Positions 53,873 through 64,000 of a stretch of DNA of 64,000 nucleotides are shown piece by piece. The stretch's first letter is position 1. Each line of letters opens with the position of its first letter. A program made the position numbers and the translations under genes. Origin of the DNA: Tubulanus polymorphus (Eukaryota > Animalia > Nemertea); assembly GCF_964204645.1 (NCBI RefSeq), contig NC_134032.1, forward strand, positions 11,396,275-11,460,274, given 5' to 3'. The notes beneath the pieces were generated by a model. The model was not told where the DNA came from. It searched no databases and worked only from the letters and a program-made list of their open reading frames with translations.

Positions 53873-55037
53873 TAGAAATCAAACGTGTTTGGGTCGACGT
53901 TATGAATGCGTTTCATGTGCTGTTTACGGTTATATTTCACATTAAAACATCTCGCACATCGGACATTTAAACTGTCGTTCATCGGTATGAACAAGTCAGG
54001 GCCGGCGGAAGGTATAAACTATTGGTACGGCCACCCCAAACCGTACCTAATAGGCAGAAGCGAGTAGCGCACTCTGGTTCGTCGCAATTAATAACTGCGC
54101 GGAAAATTTTGAAAAATTTACTTATGATACACATCATGGAGCATTTCAGAATGCATTTTAATAGTCAATTTTGCCGGTTCGTTTCCACCAAGCTCCAATA
54201 GCGGTGTCCCGTGCACCGAAAATATTCGAGGTCAAAATTTGCTGGTTCTTTAGCCACACATCAAAGAATTGTCATGGCCGCCATCGACATTGTGGCGATT
54301 TGTTGGGGAGATACTTGAAGGTAGTTAAAATTGGAAGGTTGCTAAACTGGATTTAGAAATCTATAGACACAAAACCGGTTTTTTAATATCGCGATGAATC
54401 AATGTACAAGACTGGGATATGCAAACTTGAAAATATCGTAAACAGGATTATCTTGAGCTGCTATATTATGGAATTACTACATGTTTATAATATCAGAAAT
54501 ACACCAATTAAAACTTGTGAAACTATGAAACACACATTTACTATCAGTCGACGAGAGATAACTGTAAATTACTCAGACTACTGAATGATACCACCAATGA
54601 CCTAAGTTATTTTCATGTGCGGTTTTAAGTTCGATTTCTGAGTAAAACGTTGCTCGCACATCGGACATTTAAACGGTTTTTCGCCGGTGTGAATTCGCTC
54701 GTGTTGTTTACGTAATGCGGGAATATTAAACCATTTATCGCAAAACTGACATTTGTAATTTTTACTATGGCCAGCATTGACCTTCTCAGATGAAACATGG
54801 CTATTCGGGCAAACTTTATGAACCTGTTTCATGTGCCAGTCACAGCTTGATTTTACTGTATAACGTTGCTCACACGTCGGACATATAAACGTATTTTGCC
54901 AGTACTTCCAGGGCCAATGTTACCCCCTTTACATCCTATTGCTGTTTTCAATCGACCTTGAGCATCGACTTATCCAGCGGACAGACGACTCAGTTCAACA
55001 GATGGTAATAATTCAAACGGCGCGTCGTATCTGACAC
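53873..55037 (-). pseudogene. Dead variable ZF exon of unit D
   Basis: Acceptor at 55037. Same TAA and same insertion as 39084-40122, but without that copy's internal deletion. Confidence 0.8.
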
Positions 55038-56181
55038 CTACAGAGTCATTAGAATCAAATTTAAGCTACATCTTCACAATTCCGCCTCTGAATCCAGTGA
55101 GAATTGAACAATTGGTGAAAAAATTTAGGGAAATAGAGATTAGAAGAAGACAAACATCATCCTTATGAAAGACTGAAGGAACTAATTCATTCCTTAAGTT
55201 ATGAATGATGGCGTTTCATGCGATTGAAATATTCCCAACGCTTCGAATGTTAAAATGGTTTTTCATTTTACATGAACTGTCAAAGACAAACACAGAGATA
55301 ATTTTGGTTTTTCAATCTTATTTATTACATAAATCTTACATCTAATACTCGCTTATTTAACGTATTATCAAATTGCAGCTCCTGAACTCCATGAAACGAC
55401 AGGCAATTATTGCACAGTGCGCACATCTTCACAGAAAAAAAGATTTTTAAATGTTTTGCAGCCTCTTATTTTGAATCCAATACTGAAATACTTAAAATAA
55501 TTCTCAAACTTTGCGGAAAAAAACTGCAGTGTTTCAGATCTATAAATTACAGAGAACCCCAGATAAACCGTCATCCCATTTACCGCCACCCCCGCCTGCC
55601 ACCAGGTTTTCTTAGTATGCATTTTTATACATATACAACATAATAAAACACCCCCGATATACCGCCATACTCTCTATACCGCTAAAATCATTCTGCACCG
55701 ATGTGGGCGGTATATCGGGGGGGGGGGGGGCTGACTGTACTCTTAAACCCTGTATATAATACATTGTATCAACTTCATAAGTTAACCCAATTATCTTTTC
55801 AACCTATAAATAATTCAAGTCTGTTTAAACTTAAACCTAACCTCAACCTAACATTCTACAAAACAAACTGCACGTAACTCAAACTCCTTTAGACATTCAA
55901 TCGAGTTTTCAAATATCTGATGCGTTCCGGTCGAGATCATGAATCCATTTGTTTCAAGCACTCATCGATTACAGTTTCATTACAGTCGGAAGAGTTTTTT
56001 GGTTTTTCACTGGTTTGTATCAACATGTTATAACCAAGCACGCGCCAAAAATTTAACTTAGATGATAACTAATGACGATGACATGATCGAATGTGTTTGG
56101 GTTGTTATGAATACGTTTCATGTGCTGTTAACCATTATATATCCGATTGAATCTATTGGACATTTAAACGTTAAACTGTCT

Positions 56182-58772
56182 TTCATTGGTGATGTACATA
56201 TTTCATGTGCTTTTTACAGCCTGATGTCTGCGTAAAATGTTTCTCGCATATCGGACATTTAAACGGTTTTCGCCGGTGTGAATTCGCTCATGTTGTTTCA
56301 AAAGGTAATTAGTTTTCATTCGTTTATCGCAAAACTGACATTTAAACGGTCGTTCACCGGTATGAACACGTTTCATGTGAAGGTTACACTGTGATTGCAC
56401 TGCGAAACATTTCTCACACGTCGGACATTTAAACGGTTTTTCGCCAGTGTGAATTCGCTCGTGTTGTTTTAAATAGGAACTAGTTTTCATTCGTTTATCG
56501 CAAAACCGACATTTAAACGGTCGTTCATCGGAATGAACCAGTTTCATGTGCGCTTGACAACGTGATTTCAGCACGAAACATTTCTCACAAGTCGGGCATT
56601 TAAACGGTCGTTCATCGGTATGAACCCGTTTCATGTGCTGTTTACAGCTTGTTTTCCACGAAAAACATTTCTCGCACATCGGACATTTAAACAGTTTTTC
56701 ACCGGTGTGAATTCGCTCGTGTTGTTTCAAATAGGAACTAGTTTTCATTCGTTTATCGCAAAACCGACATTTAAACGGTCGTTCATCGGTATGAACCCGT
56801 TTCATGTGCTTTTTACAGCTTGTTTTCCACGTAAAACATTTCTCGCACATCGGACATTTAAACGGTTTTTCACCGGTGTGCATGTGCTCGTGTAGTTTCA
56901 AATAGAAACTAGTTTTCATTCCTTTATCGCAGAACTGACATTTAAACGGTCGTTCATCGGAATGAACCTGTTTCATGTGAACGTCACGGTGTGACGTCTG
57001 CTTAAAATGTTTCTCGCAAATCGAACATTTAAATCGTTTTTCGCCGGTGTGAATTCGCTCGTGTTGTTTCAATTGGGAACTAGTTTTCATTCCATTATCG
57101 CAAAACTGACATTTAAACGGTCGTTCATCGGTATGAACCCGTTTCATGTGCGCTTGACAATGTGATTTCAGCGCAAAACATTTCTCACACGTCGGGCATT
57201 TAAATGGTCGTTCATTGGTATGAACCAATTTCATGTGATTTTTACAGGTTGATGACTGCGAAAAATGTTTCTCGCATATTGAACATTTAAACGGTTTTTC
57301 GCCGGTGTGAATTCGCTCGTGTAGTTTCAAATGGGACCTAGTTATCATTCGTTTATCGCAAAACTGGCATTTAAACGGTCGTTCATCGGAATGAACCAGT
57401 TTCACGTGCTGTTTACAATGTGCTTTCAGCACGAAACATTTCTCACACGTCGGGCATTTAAATGGTCGTTCCTCTGTATGAACCAGTTTCATGTGAAGGT
57501 TACAGCTTGCTGACCTCGAAAAATGTTTCTCGCATATTGAACATTTAAACGGTTTTTCGCCTGTGTGAATTCGCTCGTGTAGTTTCAAATGGGACCTAGT
57601 TATCATTCGTTTATCGCAAAACTGGCATTTAAACGGTCGTTCGTCGGAATGAACCAGTTTCACGTGCTGTTTACATTGTGCTTTCAGCACGAAACATTTC
57701 TCACACGTCGGGCATTTAAATGGTCGTTCCTCTGTATGAACCAGTTTCATGTGAAGGTTACAGCTTGCTGACCTCGAAAAATGTTTCTCGCATATTGAAC
57801 ATTTAAACGGTTTTTCGCCGGTGTGAATTCGCTCGTGTCGGGTCATATCATTGTGATATTTCATTCGTTTATCGCAAAACTGGCATTTAAACGGTCGTTC
57901 ATCGGAATGAACCAGTTTCACGTGCTGTTTACAATGTGCTTTCAGCACGAAACATTTCTCACACGTCGGGCATTTAAATGGTCGTTCCTCTGTATGAACC
58001 AGTTTGATGTGAAGGTTACAGCTTGCTGACCTCGAAAAATGTTTCTCGCATATTGAACATTTAAACGGTTTTTCGCCGGTGTGAATTCGCTCGTGTCGTT
58101 TAATGTCTGAGAGAAAATTAAACCCTTGATCGCAAAACTGGCATTTAAACGGTCGTTCATCGGTATGAACCTGTTTCATGTGAATGTTACGGTTTGATGA
58201 CCTCGAAAAATGTTTCTCGCATATTGAACATTTAAACGGTTTTTCGCCGGTGTGAATTCGCTCGTGTAGTTTCAAATGGGACCTAGTTATCATTCGTTTA
58301 TCGCAAAACTGGCATTTAAACGGTCGTTCATCGGTATGAACCTGTTTCATGTGAATGTTACGGTTTGATGACCTCGAAAAATGTTTCTCGCATATTGAAC
58401 ATTTAAACGGTTTTTCGCTGGTGTGAATTCGCTCGTGTGTTTTACGTAATGTGGGAAAACGAAACCATTTATCGCAAAACTGACATTTGTACTTTTTACT
58501 ATTGCCAGCCTTGAATTTCTCAGATGAAACATGGCTATTCAGGCAAACATTATGAACAAGTTTCATGTGCCAGTCACAGCTTGATTTTACTGTGAAACGT
58601 TTCTCGCACGTCGGACATTTAAACGGTTTTTGGCCGGTACTTCCAGGGTCAATATTACCCCCTTTACATCCTGTTGCTATTTTCAATCGACCTTGAGCAT
58701 CGACCGTTCCAGCGGGCAGACGACTCAGTTCAACAGACAGCAGTAATTCATTCGGTACGACGTATCCGACAC
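56182..58772 (-). CDS. Variable terminal ZF exon, unit D, 27 fingers in frame plus 1 after a frameshift
   Basis: Acceptor at 58772; 827-aa ORF. A 1-bp loss in a T-run at ~56268 precedes the last finger. Confidence 0.85.
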
Positions 58773-59162
58773 CTACAAAGAGTCATTAGAATCAAATTTA
58801 AGCCTCATCTTCACAATTCCGCCTCTGAATCGATTGAGAATTGAATGTTAAAATGGTTTTTCATTTGCATGAACTGTCAAATACAAACACAGAGATAATT
58901 TTGGTTTTCAATCTATTTCTTGTTTATTTATTATTTTATTTCTATTCTTATTTATTTGATAAATCTAACATCTCATACTGGCTTTTGTAACGTACTATCA
59001 ATTAATCATCTCCATAGAAAAATTATTTTAAAAAAAGTTTCCCAGCCACTTATTTTGAATCTAATACTAAAAAACTAAAATTACTCTCAAACTCTGCGGA
59101 TAGAAAACAGCTGTGTTTCAGATCTAAAAAATTACTCTTAAAAACTCAAACCTAACTTCAAA

Positions 59163-60714
59163 CTAGAAAGAAACTTTAAAAGAGGACGTTCATTTGTGAA
59201 ACGCATGTAGACCCAGACATCTCCCACATTGATAGGAAAATTTGAATACCAGCTATTCAAGTGTCATCCTACTGTGTAATTCAAAAATTATTCTTTGGGA
59301 TTCAAAAATCGAGGAATCAACCATAAATTCTGCCATAAGTTTTACATTTATTCAAAAAATTGAGTAGGAGGCCGGTGAAGGTTTTAACGTTGAGACTGAA
59401 TGCAAGTGGATTTAGGGGTTGGACTAGTCCTAGCCTTCAGAATTTGAATGTGCCCGCCAAAAAGTATTAGAATAGATTTTCTAAGCAAAAATAAATCCAA
59501 ATGGCATAAAATACCCCTTTTGGTCCTATATATTCGGAGGGCCAAAGGAACCCCACCAATGTTTGCCTTGCACTTAGATAACCATAAAATAAAAGTAGTC
59601 AGGAAGTATTAATGGCAAGAAAACTTATGAGTAAAATATTTATTAAACACATTTTATAACAGGATATGATCTGTAGTCAAATGTGTGTCTGCCAGATGAT
59701 GTTTCTTCTAGGCTGTTTATATCCTAAAAATAAAAAAAACCAAAAACAACGATAATAGATATTTCAATACATGTCCCCTGGACAAGAATTATTTCAGAGA
59801 GAGTCTATAACACGTAAATACTTGATTGTACAATCTAATGGCATAGCAGTTGGCTCCAGTTGAAAAATCATCGGACAAAAGAAAAAATCAAAAAAGTTTT
59901 GGCGCCAAAAAATCTAATTTGTTGTCAGGTTTGTTTACACATGTGCGCGATGCACGTGGTTATATCATTGTTTACATCTGACGTCATCGGCAGATCGCAA
60001 GCCCCGCCCCACGTGTCAATCAAATGGCTCATAGGCAAAATGTTAAAAGAACCCTACTAAAAAAACTATGCAGTGTAACAATCCGGGATTTTGGTACAGA
60101 ATCCGACGCCAAATACCTTTCTCTTAAAGGTTTTTTGGTGTATATCGGATAAATAATGATTATGATATTCACTTCATAAAATTTGAAGTGGATTGCTTCT
60201 GATTCATGGCAGCTGTATTTAGTCACGTAGGTCAAACTGACAGCATGTGTGTGCGTGTCGAGCGGACCATTGCGTTATTTTCAATGCTGCGAACGTCTCT
60301 AGATTCTCACTGGGCCTCTGTGCGCTCACAAAGAATTAAGTTAAGTCACCATATGTTGACACTCACCTTTAAAGAGACTTCGTACGGTCCTCTAAAGTTA
60401 ACATCCACGATACAACGATTTTAAAAATGGCACTTCTGTCGATCACTATATTCTCTACGTCATAAGCAACACGTGATGTGTGATGTCACATAAACGGCGT
60501 GAAGAGCATTTTTTCAAGAGGGCACAGCAAAAACTAACCAACTATTTTCAACCAAATTCAATCCCAACTTGAAGACACCATTTCTGATGCGGAATTTGAG
60601 GAAATCTCTAACTAACTGACTTTAAAACGACCTTAAACGTCTGTCAACCAAATCGGAAGTGCGTCATCAACCGGCAAACTGATCACATAAGGACGTTCGT
60701 CTAACGAACGTCCT
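59163..60714 (-). mobile_element. Helentron-type non-autonomous element
   Basis: Absent at the paralogous site ~42877. Inserted in an A-run. CTAG end with sub-terminal aggacgttc, and hairpin aggacgttcgt-cta-acgaacgtcct at the other end. Confidence 0.75.
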
Positions 60715-61859
60715 AAAAATTCTACAAAACAAACCTCACGTAACTAAAACACCTTCTGACATTCAATCGACTTTTCAAAAATCTGATGCGTTCCGGTTGA
60801 GATCATGAATCCATTTGAACTACAGTCAACCCCCGATATACCGACGCCCCGCCTACCACCAGGTTTTCCCAATGTTCATCTCTATACAAATTCATAGTTA
60901 AACACCCTTACCGCCGAAATCGTTCTGCACCGATGTGGGAACTGTTGTCGGAACTGTTTTTTGTGTTTATCAGATCACATGCTGATTTTAGTAAATAAGA
61001 TTTTTTTCGATGCTCAGTAAATTAGATTTTAGTAAATTTTAGTAAGTTTTTTTTTCATATATGAAAAACTCTTGAGGCGAATTTTTAGTTGTAGTCGAAC
61101 AGCGAGATCAAATTGAGATAAATTTTCAATGATTTCAAATTCAAAATCAAAATCAAGTGACAACTTTAAAACAATGGCCTTGAATCGAAGTTAGATCCTA
61201 TAATAACCGACTTGTCGCGCATGCGCATTGACTGTCTGGACTTAAAGTGTAATCGTAATGTTTTCACACAGCGCTAGCGTTGCTAGCTTCCGGAACCACA
61301 GATTTTATAACTACATGACGTAGCCTTAGCCTAAGCTACCTTATAGGCCTAGTAATGAACCCTAAACCCTACCCTACCACCAACCCTAAATCATGTTGAT
61401 GCTAATCCTTCTGATCATCATATCTAGTTTCATCGGTTGGAGAATCTGCCATTTTGTGTACGACTCGGTTATAGGATCTAACATTTACCGTCTAATATTC
61501 ATCCAATATTTTTCAAAAATTGAAACGGAATTTGACGCTTAACTAGAATGTCGCTGAACACGACTGATGCCCCCACATCAGGTGAAACGCCTGAGAGTAA
61601 AGTACACCTTGAGGATATCCGTATATTGAATTGTATATGAAGCCACAAAAATAGAGTAAAGTAACTCAATAGGAATAGGCGAATAGTGAACGAATATTTG
61701 ATCAGCAAAAATAGAGTTAAGTTACTCAACAGGAATAGTTTGAATAAGGAAATACTCCCTGAGTTAATGTACAGAGCATTCGTTGTTTGACAATTCTGGA
61801 AATATGCAACCATTAAGATTATTGAAGGCATATCATATAGTCACTAACATTAATGCTTG

Positions 61860-62395
61860 CCTGTAAACTCGATCAGGACTTATATCAGTTACCCACTTCT
61901 TCGACCTGTGACATTAAACTTTGACCTACTCTACTCAAAATTGAATCAGTTAGGCCTACTTATAGTCACATGATTAATTCATTAATTATTTTACATAGTA
62001 ATCGTAAACAATCAATGAATTAGAGCCCGGAAATGACAATTCAAAAACAACTTCTGTTGACCTTGACCTTTGACCTACAGGACCCAACATCTAATCAGTT
62101 ATCTATTTGCTCTAGGACAATCCATCAATTTAATTTCACCAAGTTATCTTAAACCATTCATGAGTTATAGCCCGAAAATGAAAATAGCAAAATAACTTCT
62201 GGTGACCTTGACCTTAGATCTACAGGACCCGATATGTAAGCAGTCACTGAAGGTCTCTAGGGTAACCCATCCATAAAATTTCAGCAAGTTATCTTAAATC
62301 GTTCATGAGTTAGAGCCCGGAAATTAAAAACAGACAGACTGACGACGAAGTGAATATAGTATGCCCGTCTCCCACAACGCGTTGTGGGGGCATAA
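61860..62395 (-). mobile_element. Short HINE-like element with gacctt(t)gacct repeats (the paralogous copy hosts the 44266-46538 insertion)
   Basis: Terminal hairpin cccacaac-gc-gttgtggg, GTCT-type microsatellite, internal repeats. Left boundary approximate. Confidence 0.55.
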
Positions 62396-62400
62396 AAATT

Positions 62401-63522
62401 CAGGGAGGAAAGTCACCATAGAAGAAAAATCCGGAAAATGAACATTTATTCATCTGCCCCACCTTGCGAGCGCCGAAGGCGCGAAGCAACCCTTAAGCCG
62501 CGGACACACTGGGCGATTTCGTCGGCCGACGAAATCGCCCAGGCCGCCGATTTTATGACCGATTTGATCGCCGACAGACCCAGACACACTGGGCGATTTC
62601 GTCGGCTGACGAAATCGGCGAACAGCGCCGCTTATTTTGAAACGACCAGCTGCTAGCGCCACCTTTAATAAATCAAGAGCCGTGATTGGCTGGTTAATAC
62701 GGCGCTCGAGGCGACTGATCGTCGTACCCGGACACACAGGGCGATTCTGTCGCCGGCGACGAAATCGCCGGCGACAGAATCCAACATATTGGATTCAGGC
62801 CATTTCGTCGGCCGACTAAATCGCCGAAGGCGATTGCCCGGACACACTGGGCGATTTCGTCGCTTCTTCGGGCGACGAAATCGGGCGACGAAATTTCCCA
62901 GTGTGTCCAGGCCTTTAGGGGGTTTGGGGGGCCTCCCCTAAGAAAACTTTTGAAATTACAAGCGTTTTCCGAGCACTAGAGCGATCTTGAACCCATGAAC
63001 GATCACCATATTTTGAAAGTAATGTCCATTTCCAATGCGGCACATCCACATTTCACTAACAATCAGCATCTCAAGCAGTAGAGGTCGAACCCCTAAATAA
63101 GAGAACATTGTGCATTGCGCACCGCGCTTCCCGAATGACTGTATTGAGTATAGACACTCGAGACACGACGACCCTTTGTTTTCTCACTATACATACTCAT
63201 AATAGTGGCTATAAATAGACGTAGCCTACACGTCGTACAAATGAGGTCACGTCACATAGGTGCACGGCTATCACCGAAAGATCGATAATCGTAACAGAAG
63301 GAAATTATACACTTGTTAAACGTCAGTAATAGAATCTAACTGTAAAACGAAATAAATGTTGTCCGATCTGCGGCGCTTTTACAGCCACCGGTACCAACAA
63401 ACTTTCGAATAAACCCTAACACCCCCCTCACATTTTCCCATCGTTTTTAAGCTTTTCAGAAAAATGACCCTGGACTTAAAAAATCCGAAATTCTGGATAA
63501 ATCCGGAAAACTTTCCTCCCTG
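62401..63522. mobile_element. Non-autonomous TIR element (hAT-like CAGGG ends)
   Basis: cagggaggaaagt ... actttcctccctg; absent at the paralogous site ~46883. Confidence 0.75.
62496..62914. mobile_element. PIF/Harbinger-like MITE nested in the TIR element
   Basis: TTA TSD; TIRs agccgcggacacactggg ... cccagtgtgtccaggcct; internal palindromic repeats. Confidence 0.8.
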
Positions 63523-63770
63523 TAAATTTATTTTTCAGCTTTCAAAAACCTCAGAAATTCTTTATTCAATTAACAAGGGAAAACTGAACGGATGGCAATA
63601 AACGCGAGACTTTGTTTTACGAATGCGCAAAATGAGGTTTTAAAAAATGGAGCCTAAATAAATCGATAATTGAATAAACAAAATGGCTGTTCAAACCAGC
63701 ATTTTGAATGCGCAAAATGTAGTTTTTAAGACTCGCCAAATGAATAGATGAAATCAGTGTTAACGCCTAC

Positions 63771-64000
63771 CTGACTGATCAAAATCTCCACTTGTTCCCG
63801 GTTGTCGATCATGTTGTTGTTGTTGTTGTTGTTGTTGTTGTACAATTGGTTGAGTTGAATAATCTTCATCATCGTCGCTTCCAGAAGATATTTCAACCAG
63901 TTCTATTTTCGTAAGTTTATTTCTAACACCTTCTCTGCAACCTTGGTGATGATGCGATTGTTTGAATGGAAGCGTATTGATATCAGCAGTAATTGAATCA
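63771..64000 (-). CDS. Unit D constant exon 3, 3' end (partial)
   Basis: Encodes ...KIELVEISSGSDDDEDYSTQPIV(Q)9HDRQPGTSGDFDQS with donor G|gtaggc. Confidence 0.8.

Larger units (their letters stand above)
32170..64000. repeat. Recent ~14.8-kb tandem segmental duplication (32170-~46950 vs ~46960-63600, third copy starting near 63600)
   Basis: Near-identical non-coding ORFs at ~14.8-kb offset (35616/50421, 36715/51512, 37582/52378, 38656/53446). Confidence 0.92.

Noticed and set aside
7486-58686. ZF ORFs as stand-alone genes with GTG/TTG starts
   Set aside because: The non-ATG starts are ORF-caller artefacts; the reading frames extend to a splice acceptor 14 or 86 nt upstream.
56203-58686. 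PRDM9 or KRAB-ZFP orthologue
   Set aside because: No PR/SET, SSXRD or KRAB sequence is recognisable in the constant exons; the resemblance is architectural only.

Overview
Animal (invertebrate-like, AT-rich) genomic DNA, dominated by a minus-strand cluster of C2H2 zinc-finger (ZF) sequences built by repeated tandem duplication. The ZF ORFs do not look like independent genes. None has an ATG before finger 1, and each begins at a near-identical phase-1 splice acceptor (ctaatgactctttgtag|GTGTCGGATAC). Upstream of each group sits a three-exon constant module: a non-coding exon 1, a 49-aa N-terminal domain exon, and a large low-complexity exon ending in a phase-1 donor (CAG TCA G|gtagg). The module occurs four times (units A-D; D is cut by the window end). 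This points to a lola/mod(mdg4)-style constant-plus-variable architecture with an unrecognised N-terminal domain instead of BTB, and variable ZF exons of 2-28 fingers undergoing birth, death and finger shuffling. Also present: a duplicated intronless rhodopsin-class peptide GPCR among the variable exons, a Polinton/dsDNA-virus-like fossil (packaging ATPase plus HNH nuclease) in intron 1 of units B and C, a 21-bp minisatellite, a solo LTR, Helentron-type non-autonomous elements, MITEs and tRNA-derived sequences. Splicing is inferred from sequence only.
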